DNA from: Candidatus Saccharimonadota bacterium
GTDB lineage: Bacteria > Pseudomonadota > Gammaproteobacteria > Enterobacterales > Enterobacteriaceae
Assembly (NCBI RefSeq): GCF_012571345.1
Contig: NZ_CP046218.1
Span: 32,412 to 40,854 of the forward strand
Reading direction: 5' to 3'
Length of the DNA: 8,443 nt
Below the pieces are notes generated by a model. It ran no database searches and was not told where the DNA came from. It worked only from the letters and a program-made list of their open reading frames with translations. Both the position numbers and the translations under genes were made by a program. Positions 1 to 6,597 of the stretch are shown in pieces (the first letter of the stretch is position 1; each line of letters begins with the position of its first letter).

Positions 1-548
1 ACAAAATCTTGACAATGTTTTTTAAAAAATGTATCTATAAAATTTATATTTAAAAAATTTTTATGTGTTTTTTGCCGTGATAATTGGCCATAATATTGAT
101 AACTAGAAACATCAAACACAACATCACCATTATTAGCTATATATGCATGTTGTTTTTCTAAAAGAATTTGTATAAATTGAATAATTTCATTAATATGTTT
201 TGTTACTTTAGGTTCAATAGTAGGATGTATAATATTTAATTTATTTAAATCCGTATGCATAAGATTAATAATATTAGATACAATATTTTGCATATATTTC
301 ATATTATTATTTTTAACTAGTTTTATTATTTTATCATCTATATCTGTAATATTACGTATATATGTAATTTTATAACCTAAAAACTGGAAATATCTAATCA
401 TAATATCAAAAATTATAAATGTTCTTCCATGACCAATATGACATGTGTCATAAGGAGTAACACCACACACATACATTTTAATATGTTTATGTAATATTGT
501 GCGAAATATTTCTTTTTTTTTACTTAAAGTATTAAAAATTTTTAACAT
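1..548 (-). CDS. cysS: cysteine--tRNA ligase, N-terminal 182 codons; the gene continues beyond position 1
   Basis: Hand translation of the reverse strand from the ATG at 548-546 gives MLKIFNTLSKKKEIFRTILHKHIKMYVCGVTPYDTCHIGHGRTFIIFDIMIRYFQFLGYKITYIRNITDIDDKIIKLVKNNNMKYMQ...GDVVFDVSSYQYYGQLSRQKTHK...KKHCQDFV, with no stop before position 1. The class I HIGH motif is at 440-429. The N-terminus closely matches E. coli CysS as I recall it (MLKIFNTL, YVCGxTxYDxCHIGHGRTF, YxRNITDIDDKII). It is absent from the ORF track because it is open-ended. Confidence 0.9.
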   Translation of the reverse strand, partial: MLKIFNTLSKKKEIFRTILHKHIKMYVCGVTPYDTCHIGHGRTFIIFDIMIRYFQFLGYKITYIRNITDIDDKIIKLVKNNNMKYMQNIVSNIINLMHTDLNKLNIIHPTIEPKVTKHINEIIQFIQILLEKQHAYIANNGDVVFDVSSYQYYGQLSRQKTHKNFLNINFIDTFFKKHCQDF

Positions 549-627
549 AAATTATATCCATAAAAAATCAATTTTGTTAAATAAAAAAATATATTTTAAT
601 AATGACTGCATATAAAATAACATATGA

Positions 628-2034
628 TTATGAATCAATACCATTATAATAGTCTATATAATTATCAAATCTAGCAATTTTATTATTAAATGTTAATTTA
701 ATATTACCAATAGGACCATTACGTTGTTTACCAATAATAATCTCTGCAATTCCTTGTAATGCACTATGTGCATTATAGAGTTCATCTCTATATATAAAAA
801 TTATTAAATCTGCATCTTGTTCTATAGAACCAGATTCTCGTAAATCTGAATTCATGGGACGTTTATCAGCTCTTTGTTCTAAAGATCGATTTAATTGCGA
901 TAAAGCAATAACTGGCACATGCAGTTCTTTTGCTAATGATTTTAAAGAACGAGAAATTTCCGTAATTTCTAATGTACGATTAAAAGAAAGCGATGGCACT
1001 CTAATTAATTGTAAGTAATCTATCATAATTAAACTTAAACCATTATGTTCTCTAAACATTCTTCTTGATCTTAAACGTATTTCAGTAGGTGTTAATTCTG
1101 AAGAATCATCAATATATATATTTTTTTTTTTTAATAAATTATTCATAGTATTAGAAATTTTCTGCCAATCATGATCATTTAATTGGCCTGTTCTAATTTT
1201 ACTTTGATATACTCTAGATAATGAAGATAACATGCGTATCATAATTTGTTCACAAGGCATTTCTAAACTAAATATTAAAACAGGTTTATCTTGTAACATA
1301 GCAGTATATTCACAAATATTCATGGCTAAAGTAGTTTTACCCATAGCTGGTCGGGCGGCAATAATAATTAAATCTGATTTTTGTAATCCTGCTGTTTTTT
1401 TATTTAATTCATGATATCCTGTGTCTACACCAGTAACACCATTTTTAGGCATTTTATAAAATGTTTCTATTTTAGAAATTGTAACTTCTAAAATTTCATC
1501 TATATTTTTAGGTTTAGTATCTTTATTTAAACGTTTTTCTGCAATACGGAAAATACGTGATTCTGCTAAGTTTAATAATTCTTCACTTTTTCTACCATTA
1601 GGATAATAACCTGCTTCAGCAATAATATTCGCTGCAGCGATCATTTCTCTTAAAATTGCTCTTTCACGCACGATATCTATATATGCATAAATATTAGCAA
1701 TGCTAGGAATATTTTTTGATAATTCAGCTAAATAAGCAAAACCTCCTACTTTTAGTAATTTATGTTTACTATCTAAGGATTCAGATAATGTAATTAAATC
1801 AATAGGTTTGTTAATATCAATAAGAATTTTCATTTCATGAAAAATTATTTTATGTGATAAGATAAAAAAATCTTCTGTAATAATTTTATCAATAACTTGT
1901 TCCCATCGATTATTATCTAGCATTAGTGATCCTAATATGGATTGTTCAGCTTCTAAAGAATAGGGAGGAATTCTAATATTTTCTACTTGTGTATCTTTTC
2001 TTATTATTGATTTTTGAGTAATATTATTAGTCAT
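628..2034 (-). CDS. dnaB: replicative DNA helicase DnaB
   Basis: 468-aa ORF, close to the roughly 471 aa of E. coli DnaB. It has the N-terminal PPYSLEAEQSILGSLMLDN signature. The Walker A motif AARPAMGKTT is encoded around 1331-1360, the most GC-rich spot in the gene. RecA-like helicase motifs are present (IMIDYLQL, SQLNRSLEQRADKRP, RESGSIEQDAD, IIGKQRNGP). Confidence 0.96.
   Translation of the reverse strand: MTNNITQKSIIRKDTQVENIRIPPYSLEAEQSILGSLMLDNNRWEQVIDKIITEDFFILSHKIIFHEMKILIDINKPIDLITLSESLDSKHKLLKVGGFAYLAELSKNIPSIANIYAYIDIVRERAILREMIAAANIIAEAGYYPNGRKSEELLNLAESRIFRIAEKRLNKDTKPKNIDEILEVTISKIETFYKMPKNGVTGVDTGYHELNKKTAGLQKSDLIIIAARPAMGKTTLAMNICEYTAMLQDKPVLIFSLEMPCEQIMIRMLSSLSRVYQSKIRTGQLNDHDWQKISNTMNNLLKKKNIYIDDSSELTPTEIRLRSRRMFREHNGLSLIMIDYLQLIRVPSLSFNRTLEITEISRSLKSLAKELHVPVIALSQLNRSLEQRADKRPMNSDLRESGSIEQDADLIIFIYRDELYNAHSALQGIAEIIIGKQRNGPIGNIKLTFNNKIARFDNYIDYYNGIDS
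1121..1132 (-). repeat. A12 homopolymer in the dnaB coding strand (T12 on the plus strand)
   Basis: Counted directly: 12 consecutive T at 1121-1132. On the coding strand this reads TTA TTA AAA AAA AAA AAT, encoding LLKKKN in frame. Confidence 0.95.
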
Positions 2035-2103
2035 AAATTATAAAAATATTTGTTAAAGTTTGAGGTTAAAAATAATTTATTAAGTTATATATCATTATAT
2101 TAT

Positions 2104-3066
2104 TTATTTGATAAAAGATAATGCTTTATTTAAAACTTGTATACTATTATATGTTATATAATTATTTTTATTAGTTAAGTATTGTTTAAAAATTTTTGCA
2201 CCTTCCATACCATGGAAAAAATTTAATATAGGTGTAATAATAGAATAAAATGCTATACCATTATTTAACATTTTTTCTATATAAGGGAACATTGATTCAA
2301 TCACACTAATAGGATTTTGTATTGGCTTTTGCATGGAAAATAATGCTTGATCAACATGCATTAATATTCTAGGATTATGTAAAATACTACGACCTAACAT
2401 AACTCCATCAACATATTGTAAATGTTTTTTTGCTTCTAACAAATTTTTAATACCGCCATTCAGTGTAATATTAATTGATGGGAATTTTTTTTTAATTTTA
2501 TAAATTATAGGATAATCTAATAATGGTATTGTTAAATTTTTTTTTGTTGTTAGATTATTATATAATAATGCTTTTCTAGCATGCAAAATAAATCTTTTAC
2601 AACCATGATGAGATAATTGATATATTAGTTCACACAAAAAATCATAACTATTTGCATCGTTAATGCCTATTCTTGTTTTAATTGTTACCGGAATATTCAC
2701 ACTATCTGACATAGCTTTAATGCAATCAGTAACAATATGTAAATGATTCATTAAACAAGCACCAAAATTATTTCTTTGTGATTGTAACGAAGGACAACCA
2801 ACATTAAAATTAATTTCTTTATATCCTATTTTTTCTGCTTTTATAGCACATAAAGCAAGTATTTTAGAATTATTTCCAGCTAACTGCAATACTAAATTAT
2901 CATCATGATAATTTGTTAATAAAATATCTTGGTTATGTATTATAGCATGACAATGAATCATTTCTGTATATAATAATGCTTTTTGAGTTAATAATCTATA
3001 AAAATATCTACAATATTTATTAGTTCTATGTAACATGGGTGCAATTTCAAAACGAAAATATTTCAT
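2104..3066 (-). CDS. dusA: tRNA-dihydrouridine synthase A
   Basis: 320-aa ORF. The N-terminal RFEIAPMLHRTNKYCRYFYRLL matches the DusA-specific RFSxAPMLDWTDRHCRYF block. The catalytic Cys lies in NVGCPS (Cys91, codon 2796-2794). The motifs VTIKTRIG, HARKA and INGGI are present. Confidence 0.92.
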   Translation of the reverse strand: MKYFRFEIAPMLHRTNKYCRYFYRLLTQKALLYTEMIHCHAIIHNQDILLTNYHDDNLVLQLAGNNSKILALCAIKAEKIGYKEINFNVGCPSLQSQRNNFGACLMNHLHIVTDCIKAMSDSVNIPVTIKTRIGINDANSYDFLCELIYQLSHHGCKRFILHARKALLYNNLTTKKNLTIPLLDYPIIYKIKKKFPSINITLNGGIKNLLEAKKHLQYVDGVMLGRSILHNPRILMHVDQALFSMQKPIQNPISVIESMFPYIEKMLNNGIAFYSIITPILNFFHGMEGAKIFKQYLTNKNNYITYNSIQVLNKALSFIK

Positions 3067-3097
3067 ATGATATTAAAATGAATAAAGTTATATTACT

Positions 3098-4459
3098 TTA
3101 ATGTATATATGGATTATGGTTATTTTTATATTGTAAAATAATAGGTGAACCAATATAACCCAATTTAGTATGTAGTATATTTATTAAATAACGTTTATAA
3201 TTATTATTTAATCTAGTTACTTGATTGCCATGCAACATGATTACTAATGGATTGTATTGTATTATATGAATAAATTTTATTTTAATACGTCTACCTTTAT
3301 ATATATTTGGAGAAACATTATTTGTTGCATCATATAAAATATTCATAAGTTTGGAAGTTTTAATTTTCGCATGAGTAATATTATATATTTGATAGATTAA
3401 CTTAAAAATATTCATACAACCTCTACCAGTTTTAGCTGATATACATATAACTGGTAAATATTTATATATCTTATAAAGATTTTTTTTAAAATGATGAAAT
3501 ATATTTGATGTAATTAAATCATATTTATTAATAATAATAATAATAGATTTACCTTGATTAATAATATATTGTATTAATGCTATATCTTTTTTATATAATG
3601 TTTTTTTACCACCATCAATAATAAATAATATCATATTAGATTGTTTAATTGTAATAATAGTTTTATTATAAGAATATGTATTTATATTTAAGTGAGAATT
3701 ATTTTTATATATTCCAGGTGTATCAATTAATATTATATTTTTATAATTATTATAGTAATTTTCTATAGGTACTATTATACAATTTCTCGTAGTACCTGCG
3801 GTACTATGCATAATGATACGATTTTTTTTAATAATACGATTAATTAGTGTAGATTTACCTACATTAGGCATACCTACAACGGCAATTTTAATGTATTGTG
3901 GATTAGAAAGAATGTTATCTTTAGTAATATTATTAAATATCATTTTATTTTGTTGTTTATATATTTTTTTTACAAAAATATACAGTATTTTATATAATTT
4001 TTTAAGATCGCTATTTTTTAATAAATTAACACGGTAAATATCACATCCTAAAGATAATAATTCTTTTATATCTATTTTATTATGACTATTAACTAATAAT
4101 AATATATGTTTATTATGTGTTCTAATATCTTGTAAAATTTGATAGTCTAAAGTATTCAATATATTATCTCTAACTAATAATATAACTAAATCTGCTTCTT
4201 TAATTGCTTGTATAGTTTGCATTTTAATTTCTTGATTATATTTATTTAAAAAAATACCATCATTTAAATAATAATTACCTGTATCAACACAAACATACGT
4301 ATATTTATGAATATAACCATATCCATATTGTCTATCTCTTGTAAAACCAGGAATACTATTTACTATAGCCTCGTTTGTTTTTGTTAAAATATTATATAAA
4401 AAAGATTTTCCTGTATTATTTGCACCTACAATAGTGATTATTGGATAATGATATGCCAT
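3098..4459 (-). CDS. der: ribosome-associated tandem GTPase Der (EngA)
   Basis: 453-aa ORF with two GTPase domains and a C-terminal KH-like domain. Domain 1 has P-loop GANNTGKS (4426-4403), G2 GFTRDR, G3 DTGN (4285-4274) and NKID. Domain 2 has P-loop GMPNVGKS (3874-3851), GTTRN, DTPG and NKYD. The C-terminal GRRIKIKF...HGNQ...YKRYL...GSPI block is typical of Der. Confidence 0.94.
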   Translation of the reverse strand: MAYHYPIITIVGANNTGKSFLYNILTKTNEAIVNSIPGFTRDRQYGYGYIHKYTYVCVDTGNYYLNDGIFLNKYNQEIKMQTIQAIKEADLVILLVRDNILNTLDYQILQDIRTHNKHILLLVNSHNKIDIKELLSLGCDIYRVNLLKNSDLKKLYKILYIFVKKIYKQQNKMIFNNITKDNILSNPQYIKIAVVGMPNVGKSTLINRIIKKNRIIMHSTAGTTRNCIIVPIENYYNNYKNIILIDTPGIYKNNSHLNINTYSYNKTIITIKQSNMILFIIDGGKKTLYKKDIALIQYIINQGKSIIIIINKYDLITSNIFHHFKKNLYKIYKYLPVICISAKTGRGCMNIFKLIYQIYNITHAKIKTSKLMNILYDATNNVSPNIYKGRRIKIKFIHIIQYNPLVIMLHGNQVTRLNNNYKRYLINILHTKLGYIGSPIILQYKNNHNPYIH

Positions 4460-4502
4460 AATATAAATCTCTTAAAAAAATATATTTTTTCATACATAGA
4501 CT

Positions 4503-4530
4503 ATATTATATATAGTATTCTATTTGTAAA
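4503..4530 (-). promoter_or_regulatory. candidate internal sigma70 promoter for der: TTTACA, 16-nt spacer, TAATAT
   Basis: On the reverse strand TTTACA lies at 4530-4525 and TAATAT at 4508-4503. The element is about 43 nt upstream of the der ATG at 4459. The call comes from pattern matching only, in AT-rich DNA. Confidence 0.2.
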
Positions 4531-4636
4531 ATAAACCATATACTGATAATATATGTAGTTAAATAATTATTTATATTGTATATATAAGATATCTCTATTT
4601 CGTGAATATATGAAATTTTTTATAACATTATTTTTG

Positions 4637-5920
4637 TTATATCATTTTAGATAATGTAGTTATTAATTGTGTTTCAGAGATACTTACTTGAGAATGAGCT
4701 TTTAAATCTTTTATGGTAATAGTATTATTTGATATTTCATCATCACCAATAATTAATATAAAATGAGCTTTTTGTTTTATAGCTTTTTTAATTTGTTTTT
4801 TAATGTTTATAAACAAATAACTTACTAAAATTCTTATTTTAGGGAAAACTTTTATAATTTTTTCTCGTATTTCTAATATTTTATATAAAATATGGTTATC
4901 TTTCATAGGTATTAAATAAATGTCGATATGATATGTATCAAATATATTAAAAATTTTTAAATTTTTTAATAATAATAAGACTCTTTCAATGCCAATAGCA
5001 CATCCAACACCATTATTTTGTTTTTTATCACTCATATGTTGTATTAATTGATTGTATCTACCACCACCACAAATAGTATATTTTAAAGTATCTAGAGTAT
5101 TTATTGTTGTCCATTCAAATACAATGTCATTATAATAATCTAAACCTCTAACTAAATTATCATTAATATGAAATTTAATCCCGATATGATTTAATAGATC
5201 ACATAATATATTAAAATTATTAATACTATATGCATCTAAATAATTTTTTAATTTTGGTGCTTGTTTTAATAATTGTTGTGTTGCTATATTTTTACTATCT
5301 AAAATTCTTAAAGGATTAGAATTTATTTTTTTAATACTATTTGTATCTAATAATTTTATATTTTTTAAAAAAAATTTTTTTAAATGTTGCATATAAATTT
5401 TTCGGATAGCAATAGAACCAATAGTATTAACTTCTAAATTTACATATTTGATAATATTTAAATTTTTCCATATATGAAATGTTAGAATTATAATTTCAGC
5501 ATCAATATAAGGTTCTGTTAAGCCGAGAGCTTCAATACCTATTTGGTGAAATTGTCTATATCTTCCTTTTTGTGGTCTTTCATAACGAAACATAGGACCA
5601 ATATACCATAAACGATGTGATCTATACAATAGATTATGTTCTAATATAGCTCGTATAAAACCAGTAGTACCTTCTGGACGTAAAGTTAACATATCACCAT
5701 TTTTATCATATAAATTATACATTTCTTTTGTAACAATATCTGTATCTTCACCAATTGTTTGATGATATAATAAATTTTTTTCAACAATAGGTATTTTAAT
5801 TTCTTGGTAACCATAATTATTTAGTATTTTTTTTGTTACATGTTCTATATATTCCCATAATATAGTCTCTGGAAACATGTAATCATGCATACCATGTACT
5901 GCATTAATATTTTTCACCAT
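4637..5920 (-). CDS. hisS: histidine--tRNA ligase
   Basis: 427-aa ORF, compared with about 424 aa in E. coli. The N-terminus is VKNINAVHGMHDY. Class II motifs are present: LTLRPEGT, WYIGPMFRYERPQKGRYRQFHQIG, LVRGLDYY, CGGGRY and GCAIGIER. The C-terminal anticodon-binding domain is retained. Confidence 0.96.
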   Translation of the reverse strand: MVKNINAVHGMHDYMFPETILWEYIEHVTKKILNNYGYQEIKIPIVEKNLLYHQTIGEDTDIVTKEMYNLYDKNGDMLTLRPEGTTGFIRAILEHNLLYRSHRLWYIGPMFRYERPQKGRYRQFHQIGIEALGLTEPYIDAEIIILTFHIWKNLNIIKYVNLEVNTIGSIAIRKIYMQHLKKFFLKNIKLLDTNSIKKINSNPLRILDSKNIATQQLLKQAPKLKNYLDAYSINNFNILCDLLNHIGIKFHINDNLVRGLDYYNDIVFEWTTINTLDTLKYTICGGGRYNQLIQHMSDKKQNNGVGCAIGIERVLLLLKNLKIFNIFDTYHIDIYLIPMKDNHILYKILEIREKIIKVFPKIRILVSYLFINIKKQIKKAIKQKAHFILIIGDDEISNNTITIKDLKAHSQVSISETQLITTLSKMI

Positions 5921-5952
5921 GTGATTTTCTCTAAAAATTATAAATATAACAA

Positions 5953-5958
5953 ATTATA
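5953..5958 (-). promoter_or_regulatory. candidate -10 element (TATAAT) for hisS
   Basis: The reverse strand reads GCTATAATTT, with TATAAT at 5958-5953, 32 nt upstream of the hisS ATG at 5920. There is no convincing -35 (CTTTTA at 17-nt spacing). Confidence 0.15.
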
Positions 5959-5963
5959 GCTTA

Positions 5964-5992
5964 TTGAACTATTTATAAAAGATATTTATAAT
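5964..5992 (+). promoter_or_regulatory. candidate sigma70 promoter for tadA-glyA(-yajL): TTGAAC, 17-nt spacer, TATAAT
   Basis: TTGAAC at 5964-5969 matches the -35 consensus at 4/6. An exact 17-nt spacer follows, then a perfect TATAAT at 5987-5992. It lies 136 nt upstream of the tadA ATG. False positives are common in DNA this AT-rich. Confidence 0.3.
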
Positions 5993-6060
5993 AAAATTAT
6001 ACTTTCAAATAATAAGTAACTATATATATTATTATATATATAAATATTAATCGTAAAATA

Positions 6061-6102
6061 TAGAATATATTTTATATACATAAAATTAGAAATATATTTT
6101 AT
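6061..6102 (+). repeat. imperfect direct repeat TAGAATATATTTTAT / TAGAAATATATTTTAT upstream of tadA
   Basis: The first copy is at 6061-6075 and the second at 6087-6102. They are identical except for one extra A. The first copy overlaps a 9-bp all-AT inverted repeat (TAAAATATA gaa TATATTTTA, 6054-6074). Low-complexity AT-rich sequence makes a chance origin plausible. Confidence 0.25.
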
Positions 6103-6127
6103 TACAATAAAATATTAATCACATAAA

Positions 6128-6571
6128 ATGCATGATGATATTTATTGGATGACGCATGCACTAAAATTAGCCAAACAAGCACAAAACAATGGTGAAGTTC
6201 CTGTAGGCGCTGTTATTATTAAAAATAATAAAATTATTTCTCAAGGTCAAAATAGTTCTATTATAAAACATGATCCTACAGCACATGCTGAAATAATTGC
6301 ATTAAGAAATGCTGGAACATATTTACAAAATTATAGGTTATTAAATACTACTATGTATGTAACATTAGAACCATGCATGATGTGTACTGGTGCTATTATA
6401 ATTAGCAGGATAGAACGTCTTGTGTTTAGTATATATAATACTAATACACATCATAGTATTCCATTAGCTAATTTATTAAATACATATAAAATTAAAATAC
6501 ATACTGGTGTTTTGGTTAAAGAATGTACTAATATTATTCAAAATTTTTTCTTTAATAAGAGAATTAAATAA
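6128..6571 (+). CDS. tadA: tRNA-specific adenosine-34 deaminase TadA
   Basis: 147-aa ORF. The zinc and catalytic motifs are HAE (6284-6292) and PCMMC (6371-6385). The conserved YWMxHAL...VPVGAV N-terminus supports the first ATG as the start. There is no recognisable Shine-Dalgarno sequence upstream. Confidence 0.92.
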   Translation: MHDDIYWMTHALKLAKQAQNNGEVPVGAVIIKNNKIISQGQNSSIIKHDPTAHAEIIALRNAGTYLQNYRLLNTTMYVTLEPCMMCTGAIIISRIERLVFSIYNTNTHHSIPLANLLNTYKIKIHTGVLVKECTNIIQNFFFNKRIK

Positions 6572-6580
6572 TTATCTGAT

Positions 6581-6585
6581 AAGGA
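6581..6585 (+). promoter_or_regulatory. Shine-Dalgarno-like AAGGA for glyA
   Basis: AAGGA at 6581-6585 sits 12 nt upstream of the ATG at 6598, inside the 26-bp tadA-glyA spacer. Confidence 0.5.
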
Positions 6586-6597
6586 TATATATTATAT

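Noticed and set aside
551-580. TTAACA, 18-nt spacer, TATAAT promoter-like element on the minus strand upstream of cysS
   Set aside because: The -10 hexamer ends only 2 nt before the cysS ATG (548), so the predicted transcription start would fall inside the coding sequence. The conserved MLKIFNTL N-terminus argues that the ATG at 548 is the true start. This is probably a chance match in AT-rich DNA.
1232-1414. 60-aa plus-strand ORF from the supplied track
   Set aside because: It lies entirely inside dnaB on the opposite strand and spans the relatively GC-rich Walker A region, where stop codons are scarce by composition. Its product is low-complexity with no recognisable motif, and there is no RBS. 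It is an antisense artefact.
3897-3905. DnaA-box-like TGTGGATTA, one mismatch from TGTGGATAA
   Set aside because: It is a single isolated site inside the der coding sequence and is explained by the coding requirement. It is not clustered with other boxes.
3813-4037. 74-aa plus-strand ORF from the supplied track
   Set aside because: It lies entirely inside der on the opposite strand and overlaps the conserved domain 2 P-loop coding segment (3851-3874). The same compositional explanation applies, and nothing supports a real gene.
4460-4636. Hidden tRNA, small RNA or small ORF in the long spacers (also checked in 5921-6127, 549-627 and 2035-2103)
   Set aside because: There are no G+C-enriched islands or cloverleaf-compatible stems, although endosymbiont tRNAs remain relatively GC-rich. 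Stop codons are dense in all frames. There is nothing beyond low-complexity A+T sequence.
4621-4641. Hairpin TATAAC-(9 nt)-GTTATA overlapping the hisS stop codon, as a possible terminator
   Set aside because: The stem is only 6 bp and mostly A-T, with no proper downstream U-tract on the transcribed strand. Such structures are expected by chance at this composition.
5921-6127. Possible chromosomal replication origin at the strand switch, in an AT-rich divergent spacer
   Set aside because: I found no DnaA box (TTATCCACA or its complement). The closest match is TTATATACA at 6072-6080, with two core mismatches. None of the flanking genes is origin-associated (no dnaA, dnaN, mnmG or mioC). A single divergent gene pair is common. 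GC skew cannot be judged reliably by eye over 8 kb.
6128-6571. tadA as a possible truncated gene or pseudogene (147 aa, with a shorter and more divergent C-terminal part than E. coli TadA)
   Set aside because: The HAE and PCxxC zinc and catalytic motifs and the conserved N-terminal helix are intact, and the frame is uninterrupted. The shortening lies in variable loop and tail regions and fits general protein shrinkage in reduced genomes.
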